Positions 9,510 through 19,855 of a stretch of DNA of 64,000 nucleotides are shown here, piece after piece. The notes under the pieces were generated by a model that saw only the letters and a list, made by a program, of their open reading frames with translations, was not told the DNA's origin and searched no databases. How positions within the stretch are numbered: position 1 is the first letter of the stretch; every line of letters starts with the position of its first letter. The position numbers were made by a program, and so were the translations under genes. The DNA is from a plasmid: the sequence record NZ_CP120537.1; one strand, given 5' to 3'.

Positions 9510-9818
9510 ATGATGGAAAACGAACGTGCCCAGCGATTCATTTTCCCTCAGACGTTAACCGAGCAAGGCGGTATTCTTCCATTACCCAATGATGAAACCG
9601 CCGTTCTACTAGGCCCCATGTTATGGGGCTTTTATGACGGACATTACATGACTGGCCTTGTGGTTGGTACGTTGCTCTGGTATGCCCTGAGGTACTTCAA
9701 AAAAGGGCGGGGAAGTCAGTGGTTACTCAATGCCTGTTATTGGTACTTACCCGCTTACTGCTTTAAAAGCATTTATAAATCTCTCCCTGACTCTGCGTTC
9801 AGACTTTATTTAAAATAG
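9510..9818 (+). CDS. traL: TraL pilus assembly protein
   Basis: KKGRGSQWL and LPDSAFRLYLK match F TraL KKGRGSSWL and VPDSCFRQWIK. Confidence 0.75.
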   Translation: MMENERAQRFIFPQTLTEQGGILPLPNDETAVLLGPMLWGFYDGHYMTGLVVGTLLWYALRYFKKGRGSQWLLNACYWYLPAYCFKSIYKSLPDSAFRLYLK

Positions 9819-9831
9819 GAAGGAGGCTGCC

Positions 9832-10401
9832 ATGAAACTGAGCGCAGCTAAATCCGCCACGAAATACACCTCGTTATTGTTTATTACACTGACCTTTATG
9901 TTAGGCCTCAGTTTGACAGGTAATATTTTCGCGTGGCTGAGATTAGATGATTTACTCAATAGTCGACAAGAAACGTATATCCCGATGTTTTTTGATACCC
10001 CATTTACCTTAACGCGCTCGCATGCGGATGCGAACTACCTTGAATCCGTCGCACAGTCGTTACTTTTTTTACGCTATAACGTCAGTCCGGAATCAGTGAA
10101 AGCAAACCATCAATCGTTATTACGGTATGTAGCCAAAGAGGCGCGACCTGAAATGCAAGATGTGTTGGCGGTCGAAGCCAAAGAAATCATCAATAACAAC
10201 GTCACCTCGGCATTTTACATGACCAAAATGGAAGTCTATCCCGCTGACGGCATTATTGATATTCAAGGTGAGCTAAAAACGTGGATAGGTAAGCGCGAAT
10301 CGTTACCTGAACATAAAAAATTACGGTTGCATATCAAGTATGTCAATGGAATTAGTGAAGTGATCAGCTTTGAGGACATTATTGATGAAGAAAAAAAGTA
10401 A
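9832..10401 (+). CDS. traE: TraE pilus assembly protein
   Basis: End-to-end similarity to F TraE, including LKTWIG and C-terminal DEEKK. Confidence 0.8.
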   Translation: MKLSAAKSATKYTSLLFITLTFMLGLSLTGNIFAWLRLDDLLNSRQETYIPMFFDTPFTLTRSHADANYLESVAQSLLFLRYNVSPESVKANHQSLLRYVAKEARPEMQDVLAVEAKEIINNNVTSAFYMTKMEVYPADGIIDIQGELKTWIGKRESLPEHKKLRLHIKYVNGISEVISFEDIIDEEKK

Positions 10402-11158
10402 TCCGATAAAGCTTCTCTGTTTAGCGTTAGCATTTTGTGGTTTTGTCTCGACAGTGCGTGCCGAACCAACAGCGCAGTTGCCAACCCAAATTCCGGTGTC
10501 TCCGGATTCACAAGTGAAGGTGGCTTTTAGCAACAGTGAACCGAATATGTTGGTTGTGCCAGGTGACAGAATTGTGGCCATCGACAGTGCTCAAGGCATG
10601 TTTATCAATGGCAATCAAAAAGGGGCAACAGGTGTTGCGAATGGGGGCGTGGTATTAATGACCGCGCAAACTAAGCCCTTTACGTTTTACGTCAGAACGG
10701 CAGGGGGCTTAACGGTGTCGGTTGTGGCTGTTCCGCAAAAGCGTGATGGTCGCGTGTTGCAGTTTATCTCCAATCAACCGGCACAAAGTGCCGTCGCTAA
10801 ACGTTGGGAGAGGGCTTTACCGTATCCACGTGTCTTGGTTGAAATTCACAAAGCGTTACTGAACCAACAAACGCCGAATGGGTTTATTCCTGCGCCTGTG
10901 ACGGCTTTACCGTCATTCGCATTACCGTCAGCCTATCGGGTGACAGCAAACAAAATGTGGAATGGGGGAGAGCTACGGGTATACCAACTGGATGTGATGA
11001 ACACCAGCGCCGTCTCACAACCGCTAAGTGAGCGGTTGTTCAATCAGCACAATGTCCGCTCTGTGGTTATCTATCCCTATAGCGATACTGTGTTGGCGGG
11101 TGCCACAGCAACGGTCTGGTTAACCGTTAGTAATGAGGTTGAAAATGGCAAATATTAA
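10385..11158 (+). CDS. traK: TraK secretin-like T4SS protein
   Basis: Signal peptide. Follows traE with a typical overlap. Start refined to MKKKSN. Confidence 0.7.
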   Translation: MKKKSNPIKLLCLALAFCGFVSTVRAEPTAQLPTQIPVSPDSQVKVAFSNSEPNMLVVPGDRIVAIDSAQGMFINGNQKGATGVANGGVVLMTAQTKPFTFYVRTAGGLTVSVVAVPQKRDGRVLQFISNQPAQSAVAKRWERALPYPRVLVEIHKALLNQQTPNGFIPAPVTALPSFALPSAYRVTANKMWNGGELRVYQLDVMNTSAVSQPLSERLFNQHNVRSVVIYPYSDTVLAGATATVWLTVSNEVENGKY

Positions 11159-12506
11159 TGTTCGTGCAAAGCGAAAACAAACGGCTCTGTTTGTGTTATT
11201 GGCCTTGGGATTAACGGGGATTGGTGGCGCAGCTTGGTACATGAGCTTACCTTCGAAGCCAAAAGCGGCCGCAAAACAATCGCGGCCTGCCCCCAATATG
11301 ACAGGCGTCGTGACATCATCCTTTGATAAGAATGTGGGAAAATCGGCGATGGCCGATTTGCAATCCACGGCCTCTCAAATGGATAAGCAAATGAAGCAAG
11401 TGAACGCCCGTATTGCGAAACTGGAACAAGAAAACCGTGCGTATCGCGATAAAATTACTGAGCAGGATAAAGAATTAACTGCCTTAGGTGAAGAACTCAC
11501 GAAAATGGGAAACGATTTCATACACGGTAATAGCAATAACGGTTTGCCACAACCGCAGCAACTGCCCGTAGGAACACTACCCACACCGAATGCACAAGCC
11601 AGTCAGCCAATCATTCCGCCGCCAACGGCATTTTATCAAGGGGGGCAATATCCAGTCGGGCAACCACAAATTAATGTGAATCCCGTACTAAAACAAGGTT
11701 TATCCTCGATGACGATTGAGTATGAGGATGAGCAGGAAAACACCGATTTACCGGATTTGCCCTACATCCCATCAGGCAGTTTTGCCAAAGCGATGGTGAT
11801 TGAAGGGGCTGATGCGAATGCGTCTGTGACGGGAAACAGTAATCCCTCTCCAATGCAATTTCGGTTAACGGGTAAACTGATTATGCCGAATAACGAAGAG
11901 TATGATTTAAGTGGTTGTGCCGTTACCGCTGGGGTGTATGGCGATATTTCCAGTGAACGCGGATTGGTGCGTACCGACCGACTGTCTTGCAAACTGTTTG
12001 GTCATACCATCGATATGCCCTTTAAAGGCCACGTCTCTTTTATGGGGAAAAATGGGATTAAAGGCGAGCCGGTCATCCGAAATGGTGAGTTAGTCGGCTA
12101 CGCCTTTGGCGGTGGCTTTCTTGAAGCGGTCGGTTCCGGTTTTTCAAAAGTGGGTGATAAAACGGTGGGTATTGGTGCCAGTAGCACAACCACGATGGCC
12201 GATGTGGCACGCGGTGGTGTCGGTGGCGGTGTACAGCAATCCGGAAAAATGTTGTCGGAATATTTCATTAAACGTGCTGAGCAATACCATCCGGTTATTC
12301 CCATCGGGGCAGGCATTGAAATTACGGTGGTGTTCCAGGAAGGTTTTCAGTTGAAGTTTATTGAACAAATGAAGAAAGCCAAATCGCAAAAACAAGCGGG
12401 GAACTCGCTGGAAAACTCCATTAATCAAGGTATCACCGTTTCAAAACAAGCATTAGAGCGGATTTCTTTAGGGGATGCCGTCCCCGCTGAGACTATCCCA
12501 CAGTAA
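11145..12506 (+). CDS. traB: TraB (VirB10-like)
   Basis: MANINVRAKRKQ matches F MASINTIVKRKQ. LPYIPSGSFAKAM, IEGADANASVTGN and RAEQYHPVIPIGAG are near-identical to F TraB. Confidence 0.85.
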   Translation: MANINVRAKRKQTALFVLLALGLTGIGGAAWYMSLPSKPKAAAKQSRPAPNMTGVVTSSFDKNVGKSAMADLQSTASQMDKQMKQVNARIAKLEQENRAYRDKITEQDKELTALGEELTKMGNDFIHGNSNNGLPQPQQLPVGTLPTPNAQASQPIIPPPTAFYQGGQYPVGQPQINVNPVLKQGLSSMTIEYEDEQENTDLPDLPYIPSGSFAKAMVIEGADANASVTGNSNPSPMQFRLTGKLIMPNNEEYDLSGCAVTAGVYGDISSERGLVRTDRLSCKLFGHTIDMPFKGHVSFMGKNGIKGEPVIRNGELVGYAFGGGFLEAVGSGFSKVGDKTVGIGASSTTTMADVARGGVGGGVQQSGKMLSEYFIKRAEQYHPVIPIGAGIEITVVFQEGFQLKFIEQMKKAKSQKQAGNSLENSINQGITVSKQALERISLGDAVPAETIPQ

Positions 12507-12540
12507 CCGAAGTCCTTTCAGTATTTATTCTTAATTTTCA

Positions 12541-12759
12541 TTGTCATCATTCAGGTACAGCCCAATGCAAAACCGAATTCGTCAGCTAAAAAAGCGGATG
12601 CGTTTGAGTTCGTTACTTATGACGCTCATTACGATTTCTCCGGCCGCGTTATTTGTTTCCCATCATGTGAGTTGGGACTCGGTCATCTTTTTAGCGATTT
12701 ACAGCGGGTTAAGTGTTTGGGTTGTACAAATCCTGAGTGCTGACCATCAACTAAAGTGA
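12541..12759 (+). CDS. small membrane protein (position of traP/trbD)
   Basis: 72 aa with two hydrophobic segments. Confidence 0.3.
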   Translation: MSSFRYSPMQNRIRQLKKRMRLSSLLMTLITISPAALFVSHHVSWDSVIFLAIYSGLSVWVVQILSADHQLK

Positions 12760-12765
12760 GTCATC

Positions 12766-13257
12766 ATGGAAAAGTGGTATTTATTATATTGTAAACGTGA
12801 CCAGGTTTTACGCGCGATTGAGCACCTTGAGCGTCAAGGGGTGACTGTACATAACCCAACCTACAAAACTGAGAAAATGGTGAGGAATCGCCGTAAGAAA
12901 GTGATGGAGCCGTTATTTCCCAATTATTTATTTGTGAAGTTTGATTATGAAGTCATTCACTTTTCGACGATTGGCTCGACACGTGGCGTGAACTACTTTG
13001 TCCGCTTTGGTCAGAACCCCGTGGTTGTACCTAATGAAGTGATTGCGACACTGGTTGTACCTGATTTCGTGAAAGAGATGAGTGATAACTTACCGCAAAA
13101 AGGGGATGAAGTCGTCATTACGGACGGTATTTTTGTGGGTATTCAAGCGATTTATAACGAACCCGATGGGGAAGCACGTTCGGTATTACTTCTTAAAATC
13201 CTCAACAAAGAAGTTCCCAAAGTCGTCGATAACCGCAGCTTTGAAACCATTAAATAA
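12766..13257 (+). CDS. NusG/RfaH-family transcription antiterminator paralogue embedded in the tra operon
   Basis: KWYLLYCKRDQ...LFPNYLFVKF is a typical NGN-domain signature. 163 aa. Confidence 0.6.
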   Translation: MEKWYLLYCKRDQVLRAIEHLERQGVTVHNPTYKTEKMVRNRRKKVMEPLFPNYLFVKFDYEVIHFSTIGSTRGVNYFVRFGQNPVVVPNEVIATLVVPDFVKEMSDNLPQKGDEVVITDGIFVGIQAIYNEPDGEARSVLLLKILNKEVPKVVDNRSFETIK

Positions 13258-13476
13258 CAGGCTAAGGGGGCAGGTAGTAATGGAATCAATGACTTTTCCG
13301 ATACTTGTGATTGCCATTATATTCTTAGGGTTAGCACTAAATGGGGCTATCCGTGCAGGTGAAGCTAAATTTGGAATACCCCTAAAATCAGTGTAATACC
13401 CGAACAATGCGAAGAGAAGGATTAAATTCATTTCAGCCATCGGGTTCGTTTTCTCAAATTATCAACAGGATTAATA

Positions 13477-13710
13477 ATGGATATACAGTTTAAAGATTTT
13501 ACGATAGATGGGGTTATTATTTCTAATTTAAAAAGTGTTAGGCGTGACCGACGGCTAATGAATGATGAAATGAACCAATGGCTAAATGAAAATAATATAA
13601 CCGATATCATTAATATCGAATCCTTGGAATATGAGGTCCCTCCAACTATTGGAAGCCTTGGTGGTGTTAAATTTCACGGGTTTAGGCTTTGGTATAAAAT
13701 CATCAAGTAA
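13477..13710 (+). CDS. hypothetical AT-rich small protein
   Basis: 77-aa ORF. Confidence 0.25.
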   Translation: MDIQFKDFTIDGVIISNLKSVRRDRRLMNDEMNQWLNENNITDIINIESLEYEVPPTIGSLGGVKFHGFRLWYKIIK

Positions 13711-13907
13711 CGTCTTTCGTTTAAATTCAAATTCCTAGAAACTCACTTGTCTCAAAAAGTACATGATTATCCGTTAATTAACCGTATTTAATTAAATGGT
13801 TATGAATAAAAATATTTTTATTCGTCACTGAATAAGCGGCGACACAAATTCATCGTTATTTCTCCACAAAACACTTCTTTTTGTCATTCATTTATAAGGT
13901 TCATTTT

Positions 13908-14471
13908 ATGAAAAAATTCCTAATTCTAGGCGCATTAACCTTGCTCGCCGGTTGTACAGCGGGCATGAAAGATTCCTTTGATTGTAATGCCACCGCGCAA
14001 GATAGCTGCATGACGATGGAAGAAGCCAATCAAAAGGCAGCACAGCAAAATTTCACGTGGAACCATCCTGCTAATGGGGAGGGCATATCCCAAAAGCGAG
14101 TCGAACTGCCGCGGTTAGCACCGTTGGCAACCCCGACTGTGCCAGTTGTGACAACCGCGTCTCCAGCTCAGTCTGTTCGTACTGTGGTGCAGGATAATCG
14201 CGCTTCTTCACAAAATGTGGGGGCATTAGGTGCATTCAAGCCTTCATCCGCATCCGTTAAAAAATCCGTGCCATCCAATACACTACCCCCCATTCAACAC
14301 ACGGCACAAGCCTGGGCGAGTTGGAGTGATATTGGTATGGCACCGCCTCAACGATTACCGACCACGACGGCTCGCTTATGGATAGCCCCGTGGATAGATG
14401 AACAAGATAACCTGTATCAGCCTGCGGTTGTCTCTTTTGTGGTGAAAGATGGTCAGTGGAGAGTCCAGTAA
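13908..14471 (+). CDS. traV: TraV outer-membrane lipoprotein
   Basis: Lipobox LLAGC. Pro/Thr/Val-rich linker. Directly precedes traC. Confidence 0.65.
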   Translation: MKKFLILGALTLLAGCTAGMKDSFDCNATAQDSCMTMEEANQKAAQQNFTWNHPANGEGISQKRVELPRLAPLATPTVPVVTTASPAQSVRTVVQDNRASSQNVGALGAFKPSSASVKKSVPSNTLPPIQHTAQAWASWSDIGMAPPQRLPTTTARLWIAPWIDEQDNLYQPAVVSFVVKDGQWRVQ

Positions 14472-14472
14472 C

Positions 14473-17184
14473 ATGAATGAAAAACCGTCCTTAATCGATA
14501 AGCTGCTTGCCCCGTTTCTCCCCAAGTCAAAAGACATTGTGTTTGATGACGAGCCCGAACCGGTATCGTTGCAAGAAGCGTTATTCAAGAACTTATTTAC
14601 CGCATGGCGAGAGCCGGATGGAAGCAAAGGGGCGTCTGAAGCCTTGGACAATATGGATTATCCTTCCTTTTGCAGCGTATTACCGTATCGAAATTATGAT
14701 GCGAAATCTGGCCTGTTTATCAATAAAACCACCATTGGCTTTTTATTAGAGTGTACGCCACTGGTGGGCGCGAATGAAAAAATTGTCGATGCGCTGGATT
14801 ACTTTCTACGCAATAAGCTCCCGCGTAAAACGCCATTAACATTCATGTTATTGGGCAGTAAGTGCATCAGTGAACAGTTAGGCTATGGGCTAAAAGACTT
14901 TGGGTGGCAAGGGGAAGAAGCGGAGAAATTCAACCATATCACGCGTGCCTTTTACGAGCGTGGTGCTTTGGAAGGGCTGAATAATAAGCTCAATCTGCCG
15001 TTATCGCTACGCAATTACCGTTTGTTTGTGTGTTATGCCGAAGAGCATAAAAAAGCCGATGCACTCACATTACAAAAAGTAAATCAAACCCTCAGTATTG
15101 TCATGGAGTCCTTGGCTGGCGCCTCCCTGCACTGTGAGCAAATGGATGACAAAGGATTACTGCAACTGGTACGTGAAATCACTAACTTTCGACACGATCA
15201 GATTGCGTTATCAAGCAGTGAAGTTGACCCGTATGAGTCGCTCAATGACCAGTGCGCTGACCGTTCGATCAACGTTGAAATTCGGCCCGATGCTATTCAT
15301 CAGTCGTTATCGATGGAAAAAGGCCAGAAAAGCAAAACGCGTATCATGAATTACATGCTGGAGAAAAACCCAACACAATTCGCTTTATGGCAAACGGGCG
15401 ATAACTTGAGTAATTTGCTTGATCCTGCATCCAGTGTGTCTTGTCCGTTCGTCATAACCGTGTCCGTGTATGTTGAAGATTTGGTGAAAACCCAAAACGA
15501 GGCCAAGAAAAAGTTTATCACCAATAATAGTCGGGCTAACTCTAAGTACATCAATTGGGTGCCTGGCGTAAAGCGTAAAGCTGAAGAGTGGGGCGCATTG
15601 CGTGAAGAGCTGGACGCCAATCAAACCGCTCTCGCGCGTTACAGTTACGGTATCTCCTTATTTTGTGAAGACGATGATGATAAAGCGTTAAAAGCGGAAA
15701 TGGCATTGATGAATACCTACACCACTAATCGCTTAAAGCTATGCCCAACAACGTTTATGCAATTACGTAACTATTTGGCGCTGTTTCCTTTTGTCATGCA
15801 AGAGGGGCTTTGGGGCGATATGGTGCGTTCAGGCGGCACACTTAGAGCGAAAGCCTTTAATGTTGCCAATTTATTGCCTGTGGTGGCCGATAATCGGATT
15901 TGTCAAAAAGGTTTACCTATCCCGTCGTATCGGCACCAACTCTCCTTTCTCGACATTTTTGAGCGGGGTTCAGGTCTCGGTAATGACAACTTTAATGCGG
16001 CGGTGTGTGGGACGTCAGGCAGTGGTAAATCATTCCTCATGCAAGCGCTGATCCGTCAAGTGCTCGATGCAGGCGGTTGGGCGTATGTGCTAGATATGGG
16101 GGATTCCTATAAAGAGCTGTGTCACAGTCTTGGGGGCGTCTATGTCGATGCTCGCGACCTTAAATTCAATCCGTTCGCGGGTGTCGTCGATATAAAAGAG
16201 GCCGCGGAAAGTATTCGTGACCTGCTCATCGTATTGGCGAATCCTTCGGGCGATATGGATGATGTGTCTAAATCTATCCTACTCAATGCCGTTCAAGATG
16301 TGTGGGAAGGGAAAGCGCCAAGCAAGCGTAAAGGCAATCAAGTCCTGATTGATGATGTTCACGATTACCTTAAAGCCGAAGTTGATTTGGGCTACTTTGA
16401 TCCCCAAAGTACGGTCCAAAATAAGATGCAAGAAATCATTGTGGCATTGAAAAAATACACTACCAAAGGGTTATATGGGGCGTATTTTAATAGTGACAAG
16501 CCGGCACTGAATGAGCAGGTACGCTTTACCGTACTGGAAATGGGCGGACTGCAAAACAAGCCTGACCTGTTAGCCGCCGTCATGTTCTCGATGATGATCT
16601 TCATTCAGCAACGAATGTACTTAACGGCGCGCAGTATCAAAAAACTCGCGGCCATTGATGAAGGTTGGAAGCTACTGGATAACAAGAGTAGCTTTGTCGC
16701 CGACTTTATTGAAAGCGGTTATCGAACTGCCCGTAAATACGGTGGCTCTTACATTACCATCTCACAAGGGATCGACGATTTTGACGGCGATGGTGCCAGT
16801 ACTGCCGCGAAAGCCGCGTGGAGTAACTCCTCCTTCAAAATTATCTTGCGGCAAAACATGGAAGCGTTCCGTAAATACAATCAGAAGAATCCCGACCAGT
16901 TCAATCCTGTTGAACGCGCCATTATTGAAGGGTTCCCTGCCGCAGGGGATGCACACTTTAGTGCCTTTATGCTGCGAATTGCGGGGCGCTCCTCATTCCA
17001 TCGGTTGGTAACCGATCCGATTAGCCGGGCATTGTACTCAACCGATGGGGATGACTTCCAATTTCGTGAAAACCGCATGGCGGAAGGACTGTCACAACAA
17101 GCGGCGTTATTGGCACTGGCTAAGCGCAAATTCCCACAAGAAATGGAGACCTTATCCCAATGGCAGAGTCAAACACGACATTAG
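14473..17184 (+). CDS. traC: TraC (VirB4-like T4SS ATPase)
   Basis: Extensive identity to F TraC (FNVANLLPVVADN, VCGTSGSGKS, ITISQ..DFD). Walker A GTSGSGKS. Confidence 0.9.
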   Translation: MNEKPSLIDKLLAPFLPKSKDIVFDDEPEPVSLQEALFKNLFTAWREPDGSKGASEALDNMDYPSFCSVLPYRNYDAKSGLFINKTTIGFLLECTPLVGANEKIVDALDYFLRNKLPRKTPLTFMLLGSKCISEQLGYGLKDFGWQGEEAEKFNHITRAFYERGALEGLNNKLNLPLSLRNYRLFVCYAEEHKKADALTLQKVNQTLSIVMESLAGASLHCEQMDDKGLLQLVREITNFRHDQIALSSSEVDPYESLNDQCADRSINVEIRPDAIHQSLSMEKGQKSKTRIMNYMLEKNPTQFALWQTGDNLSNLLDPASSVSCPFVITVSVYVEDLVKTQNEAKKKFITNNSRANSKYINWVPGVKRKAEEWGALREELDANQTALARYSYGISLFCEDDDDKALKAEMALMNTYTTNRLKLCPTTFMQLRNYLALFPFVMQEGLWGDMVRSGGTLRAKAFNVANLLPVVADNRICQKGLPIPSYRHQLSFLDIFERGSGLGNDNFNAAVCGTSGSGKSFLMQALIRQVLDAGGWAYVLDMGDSYKELCHSLGGVYVDARDLKFNPFAGVVDIKEAAESIRDLLIVLANPSGDMDDVSKSILLNAVQDVWEGKAPSKRKGNQVLIDDVHDYLKAEVDLGYFDPQSTVQNKMQEIIVALKKYTTKGLYGAYFNSDKPALNEQVRFTVLEMGGLQNKPDLLAAVMFSMMIFIQQRMYLTARSIKKLAAIDEGWKLLDNKSSFVADFIESGYRTARKYGGSYITISQGIDDFDGDGASTAAKAAWSNSSFKIILRQNMEAFRKYNQKNPDQFNPVERAIIEGFPAAGDAHFSAFMLRIAGRSSFHRLVTDPISRALYSTDGDDFQFRENRMAEGLSQQAALLALAKRKFPQEMETLSQWQSQTRH

Positions 17185-17585
17185 TCGATAAGGCAGTCAA
17201 AACGCCTGCACGAGGCATGAGCCGTCGTCGCAAAGAGTGCTTAAAAGCCATGAGCTTTTTTATGGTCATTGCCGTGGTGCTGAGTTTCAGTATTTCGGTA
17301 TTTGTGGTGCGTTGGCTTGCCCCCGTTACCGTCACTTTCGACATGACAGGCACAGTCAACCAGTATCAGCAGCAAATGGCCATGCAGTTTAACAGCGAAA
17401 ACCCATTGAGCGAACAGCAAATTGCAGATGCCACTCACCGTTTTCAAATGGCGCTCAGTGACAGTTTATCCGAGTACCAACAGTCACATCAGGCCCTGAT
17501 TTTAGTCACGCCTGCGGTGGTGATGGGCGCGGAAGATATCACGGTCGATATTCAAGCCGCGATTGCAGACAAAATGGCGCAATAA
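17160..17585 (+). CDS. trbI: TrbI
   Basis: APVTVTFDM and ILVTPAVVMGAEDIT match F TrbI. Confidence 0.6.
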   Translation: MAESNTTLVDKAVKTPARGMSRRRKECLKAMSFFMVIAVVLSFSISVFVVRWLAPVTVTFDMTGTVNQYQQQMAMQFNSENPLSEQQIADATHRFQMALSDSLSEYQQSHQALILVTPAVVMGAEDITVDIQAAIADKMAQ

Positions 17586-17594
17586 GGAGGGAAA

Positions 17595-18227
17595 ATGAAG
17601 CGAATACGGCAGTCTACACTGGCAGTCTTGTTTTGTTTACCTTGTCTTGTTACCGCCAAAGATCTCGGTGTCTGGGGGGATGTGTACCCCGTTCAAGAGC
17701 AAAGTATGTTGGACTTTATCCAGGGGCGGTTAAAGCAGATGGAGGGCACGGGGGAAATCGCGCAGATGCAGCAGGATTTTAAAGATCGCGTGATTGAAAA
17801 TACCCTGCGTCCACCGCCTGTGGATTGGCTCAGTACGGATACTGAAGCACACACACTGTGGTACGACCCGACGTTTACGGTTCAAGGGGATTATGCCGAT
17901 CACAATGGCGTGGTGTTTGCCCGCCAAGGCGACAAAATAAACCCACTCAGTCACGTGGCACTCGGGCAAACCCTGTACTTTTTAGATGCGGATGATCCGC
18001 GCCAAATCGCGTGGATGAATGCACAGCAGCCCGCGACCTTGCGTTATAAAGTCATTTTAACTAACGGCAATATCAAGGAGGCCACACAGGCGCTGAATAC
18101 GCGTGTGTTCTTTGACCAAGGGGGCAGTTTAAGTCATCAGCTCGGGCTTCAGTATATTCCCGCAGTCGTCACACAAGAGGGCGACAAGCTCAAAATCGTC
18201 TCGGTGGCGATGCAGGAGGTGCGATGA
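17595..18227 (+). CDS. traW: TraW
   Basis: Signal peptide; position between trbI and traU. Confidence 0.65.
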   Translation: MKRIRQSTLAVLFCLPCLVTAKDLGVWGDVYPVQEQSMLDFIQGRLKQMEGTGEIAQMQQDFKDRVIENTLRPPPVDWLSTDTEAHTLWYDPTFTVQGDYADHNGVVFARQGDKINPLSHVALGQTLYFLDADDPRQIAWMNAQQPATLRYKVILTNGNIKEATQALNTRVFFDQGGSLSHQLGLQYIPAVVTQEGDKLKIVSVAMQEVR

Positions 18228-19219
18228 ATAAATTTACCCGTTGGCTATTGAGTGTGTGTGTCCTTGGCTGTGTGAGCGTGACAATGCCAGCGAAAGCCGA
18301 TGTGATGTGTGAAGGGAATTTTGTTAATCCGATCACCGATATTTGTTGGGATTGCCTGTTTCCGATGACCATTGGTAATGTCCCCGTTTTCCCTGGCGTG
18401 GCACCGGATACAGAAAACCCTTCGATGCCGATACAGATTTGCCCGATGGGAATTTTATACCGCATTGGTCTTGCCATTGGCTATTGGGAGCCCTTTGCCC
18501 TAACGGATGTGACGCGTTCACCGTATTGCATGGTGAATTTAGGCGGCTTTAACATCAATGTCGGTAAAATGGGCGGGGGCAAAGGTACGCAAAATGACCC
18601 TGCCACTCAAGGGGCGTTCTACCATGTGCATTGGTACAAATACCCGCTGACCTATTGGCTCAATATCATTACCTCGGCAGGCTGTTTAGAGCGCGGGGAT
18701 ATGGATATCGCCTATTTGTCGGAGTTAGATCCCTTGTGGAATGACAGTTCGTTGTCGTCGATTATTGCCCCTGAAGCGTTTGTGTTTGCCAATCCTATCG
18801 CGCAAGGGGCGTGTGCTGCGGATGCGATTGCCAGTATTGGCAGCAAGCCCTTAAATGCGCTCTTTTGGTGTGCGGGTTCTCAAGGCAGTATGTATCCGTT
18901 TACGGGGTATACGGGGAATGAATTTAGCCCACAGGCTTCCTCGGTTCTGCTGTCTGAGCGCATGGCGTTTAAATTACATCGGCAAGGGTTGGTGATGAAC
19001 AGCGTTGGGAAAAATCAGGAGGTGTGCTACACCTATCCGTCCCCGATTATCCCGAAAGACCGTTATCGCTATCAAATGGTGAATATGTACCCGGATACCG
19101 CGCAATGTCATCCTTTTGGTCGGTCCGTGATGCGCTGGCAAACGGGGCATGCCTCACCCAACAGTCGTAAAAACTTCGGTTATCTCATCTGGCGTAAACG
19201 TAACTGCGTTTTCCTCTAA
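18224..19219 (+). CDS. traU: TraU
   Basis: 331 aa, signal peptide, conserved Cys/Trp-rich pattern, position. Confidence 0.7.
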   Translation: MNKFTRWLLSVCVLGCVSVTMPAKADVMCEGNFVNPITDICWDCLFPMTIGNVPVFPGVAPDTENPSMPIQICPMGILYRIGLAIGYWEPFALTDVTRSPYCMVNLGGFNINVGKMGGGKGTQNDPATQGAFYHVHWYKYPLTYWLNIITSAGCLERGDMDIAYLSELDPLWNDSSLSSIIAPEAFVFANPIAQGACAADAIASIGSKPLNALFWCAGSQGSMYPFTGYTGNEFSPQASSVLLSERMAFKLHRQGLVMNSVGKNQEVCYTYPSPIIPKDRYRYQMVNMYPDTAQCHPFGRSVMRWQTGHASPNSRKNFGYLIWRKRNCVFL

Positions 19220-19234
19220 CACGAGGTCCTTTTC

Positions 19235-19855
19235 ATGAAATCCGTTTTCTTTTTATTCGCAAGCGTACTGCTTGCGTCGACGAGTCATGCCTTAACGGAT
19301 GACCAACAGTTTTTAGAACAGCTGCGCGACCAAAGCGCGACCTTGCGGGAACACTCCTTGCCGCCGGATGGCTTTAAGCCACCGGAAATCTCGGCCAAGG
19401 ATAAAGCCTGGATTGATAGCTTATTAGCCAAGCAGCAGCATGCGCAGCAACAAGTTGCCGATGCGGCTAAAGCGCAAACAGCTCGGGAAACTCCGTTTAT
19501 CTATTTTGTGTCGTTTTCTATTCCCGAAGCGGGACTCAAACAGATGGTGCCAGAGGCCACGCAGCTTGGTATCCCCACGTTGATTAATGGGCTGATTGAC
19601 AATGACTTTCGTAAAACGGCCAGTGCCGTGTTTGAACTGACCAAAGACAGTGGTGAAGGGGGCGTACAAATCGACCCGAAAACCTTTGCACAATACGGCA
19701 TTACGCAAGTTCCTGCACTGGTAGTGCGCTGTGAGCAAGGCTTTGATGTGATATACGGCAATATTCGTTTGATATCCGCCATTGAACGGATTGCCAGCAG
19801 TGGCGATTGCCATCAGGTTGCTCAAGATTGGTTGGTATCGAGGACGCGGCAATGA
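19235..19855 (+). CDS. trbC: TrbC
   Basis: Signal peptide, 206 aa, position between traU and traN. Confidence 0.6.
   Translation: MKSVFFLFASVLLASTSHALTDDQQFLEQLRDQSATLREHSLPPDGFKPPEISAKDKAWIDSLLAKQQHAQQQVADAAKAQTARETPFIYFVSFSIPEAGLKQMVPEATQLGIPTLINGLIDNDFRKTASAVFELTKDSGEGGVQIDPKTFAQYGITQVPALVVRCEQGFDVIYGNIRLISAIERIASSGDCHQVAQDWLVSRTRQ

Noticed and set aside
13082-13440. ORFs 13082-13396 (+) and 13186-13440 (-)
   Set aside because: They overlap the 3' end of the NusG-like gene out of frame. Only a short hydrophobic peptide (about 13280-13396, preceded by AAGGGGG) might be real, and it is too uncertain to call.
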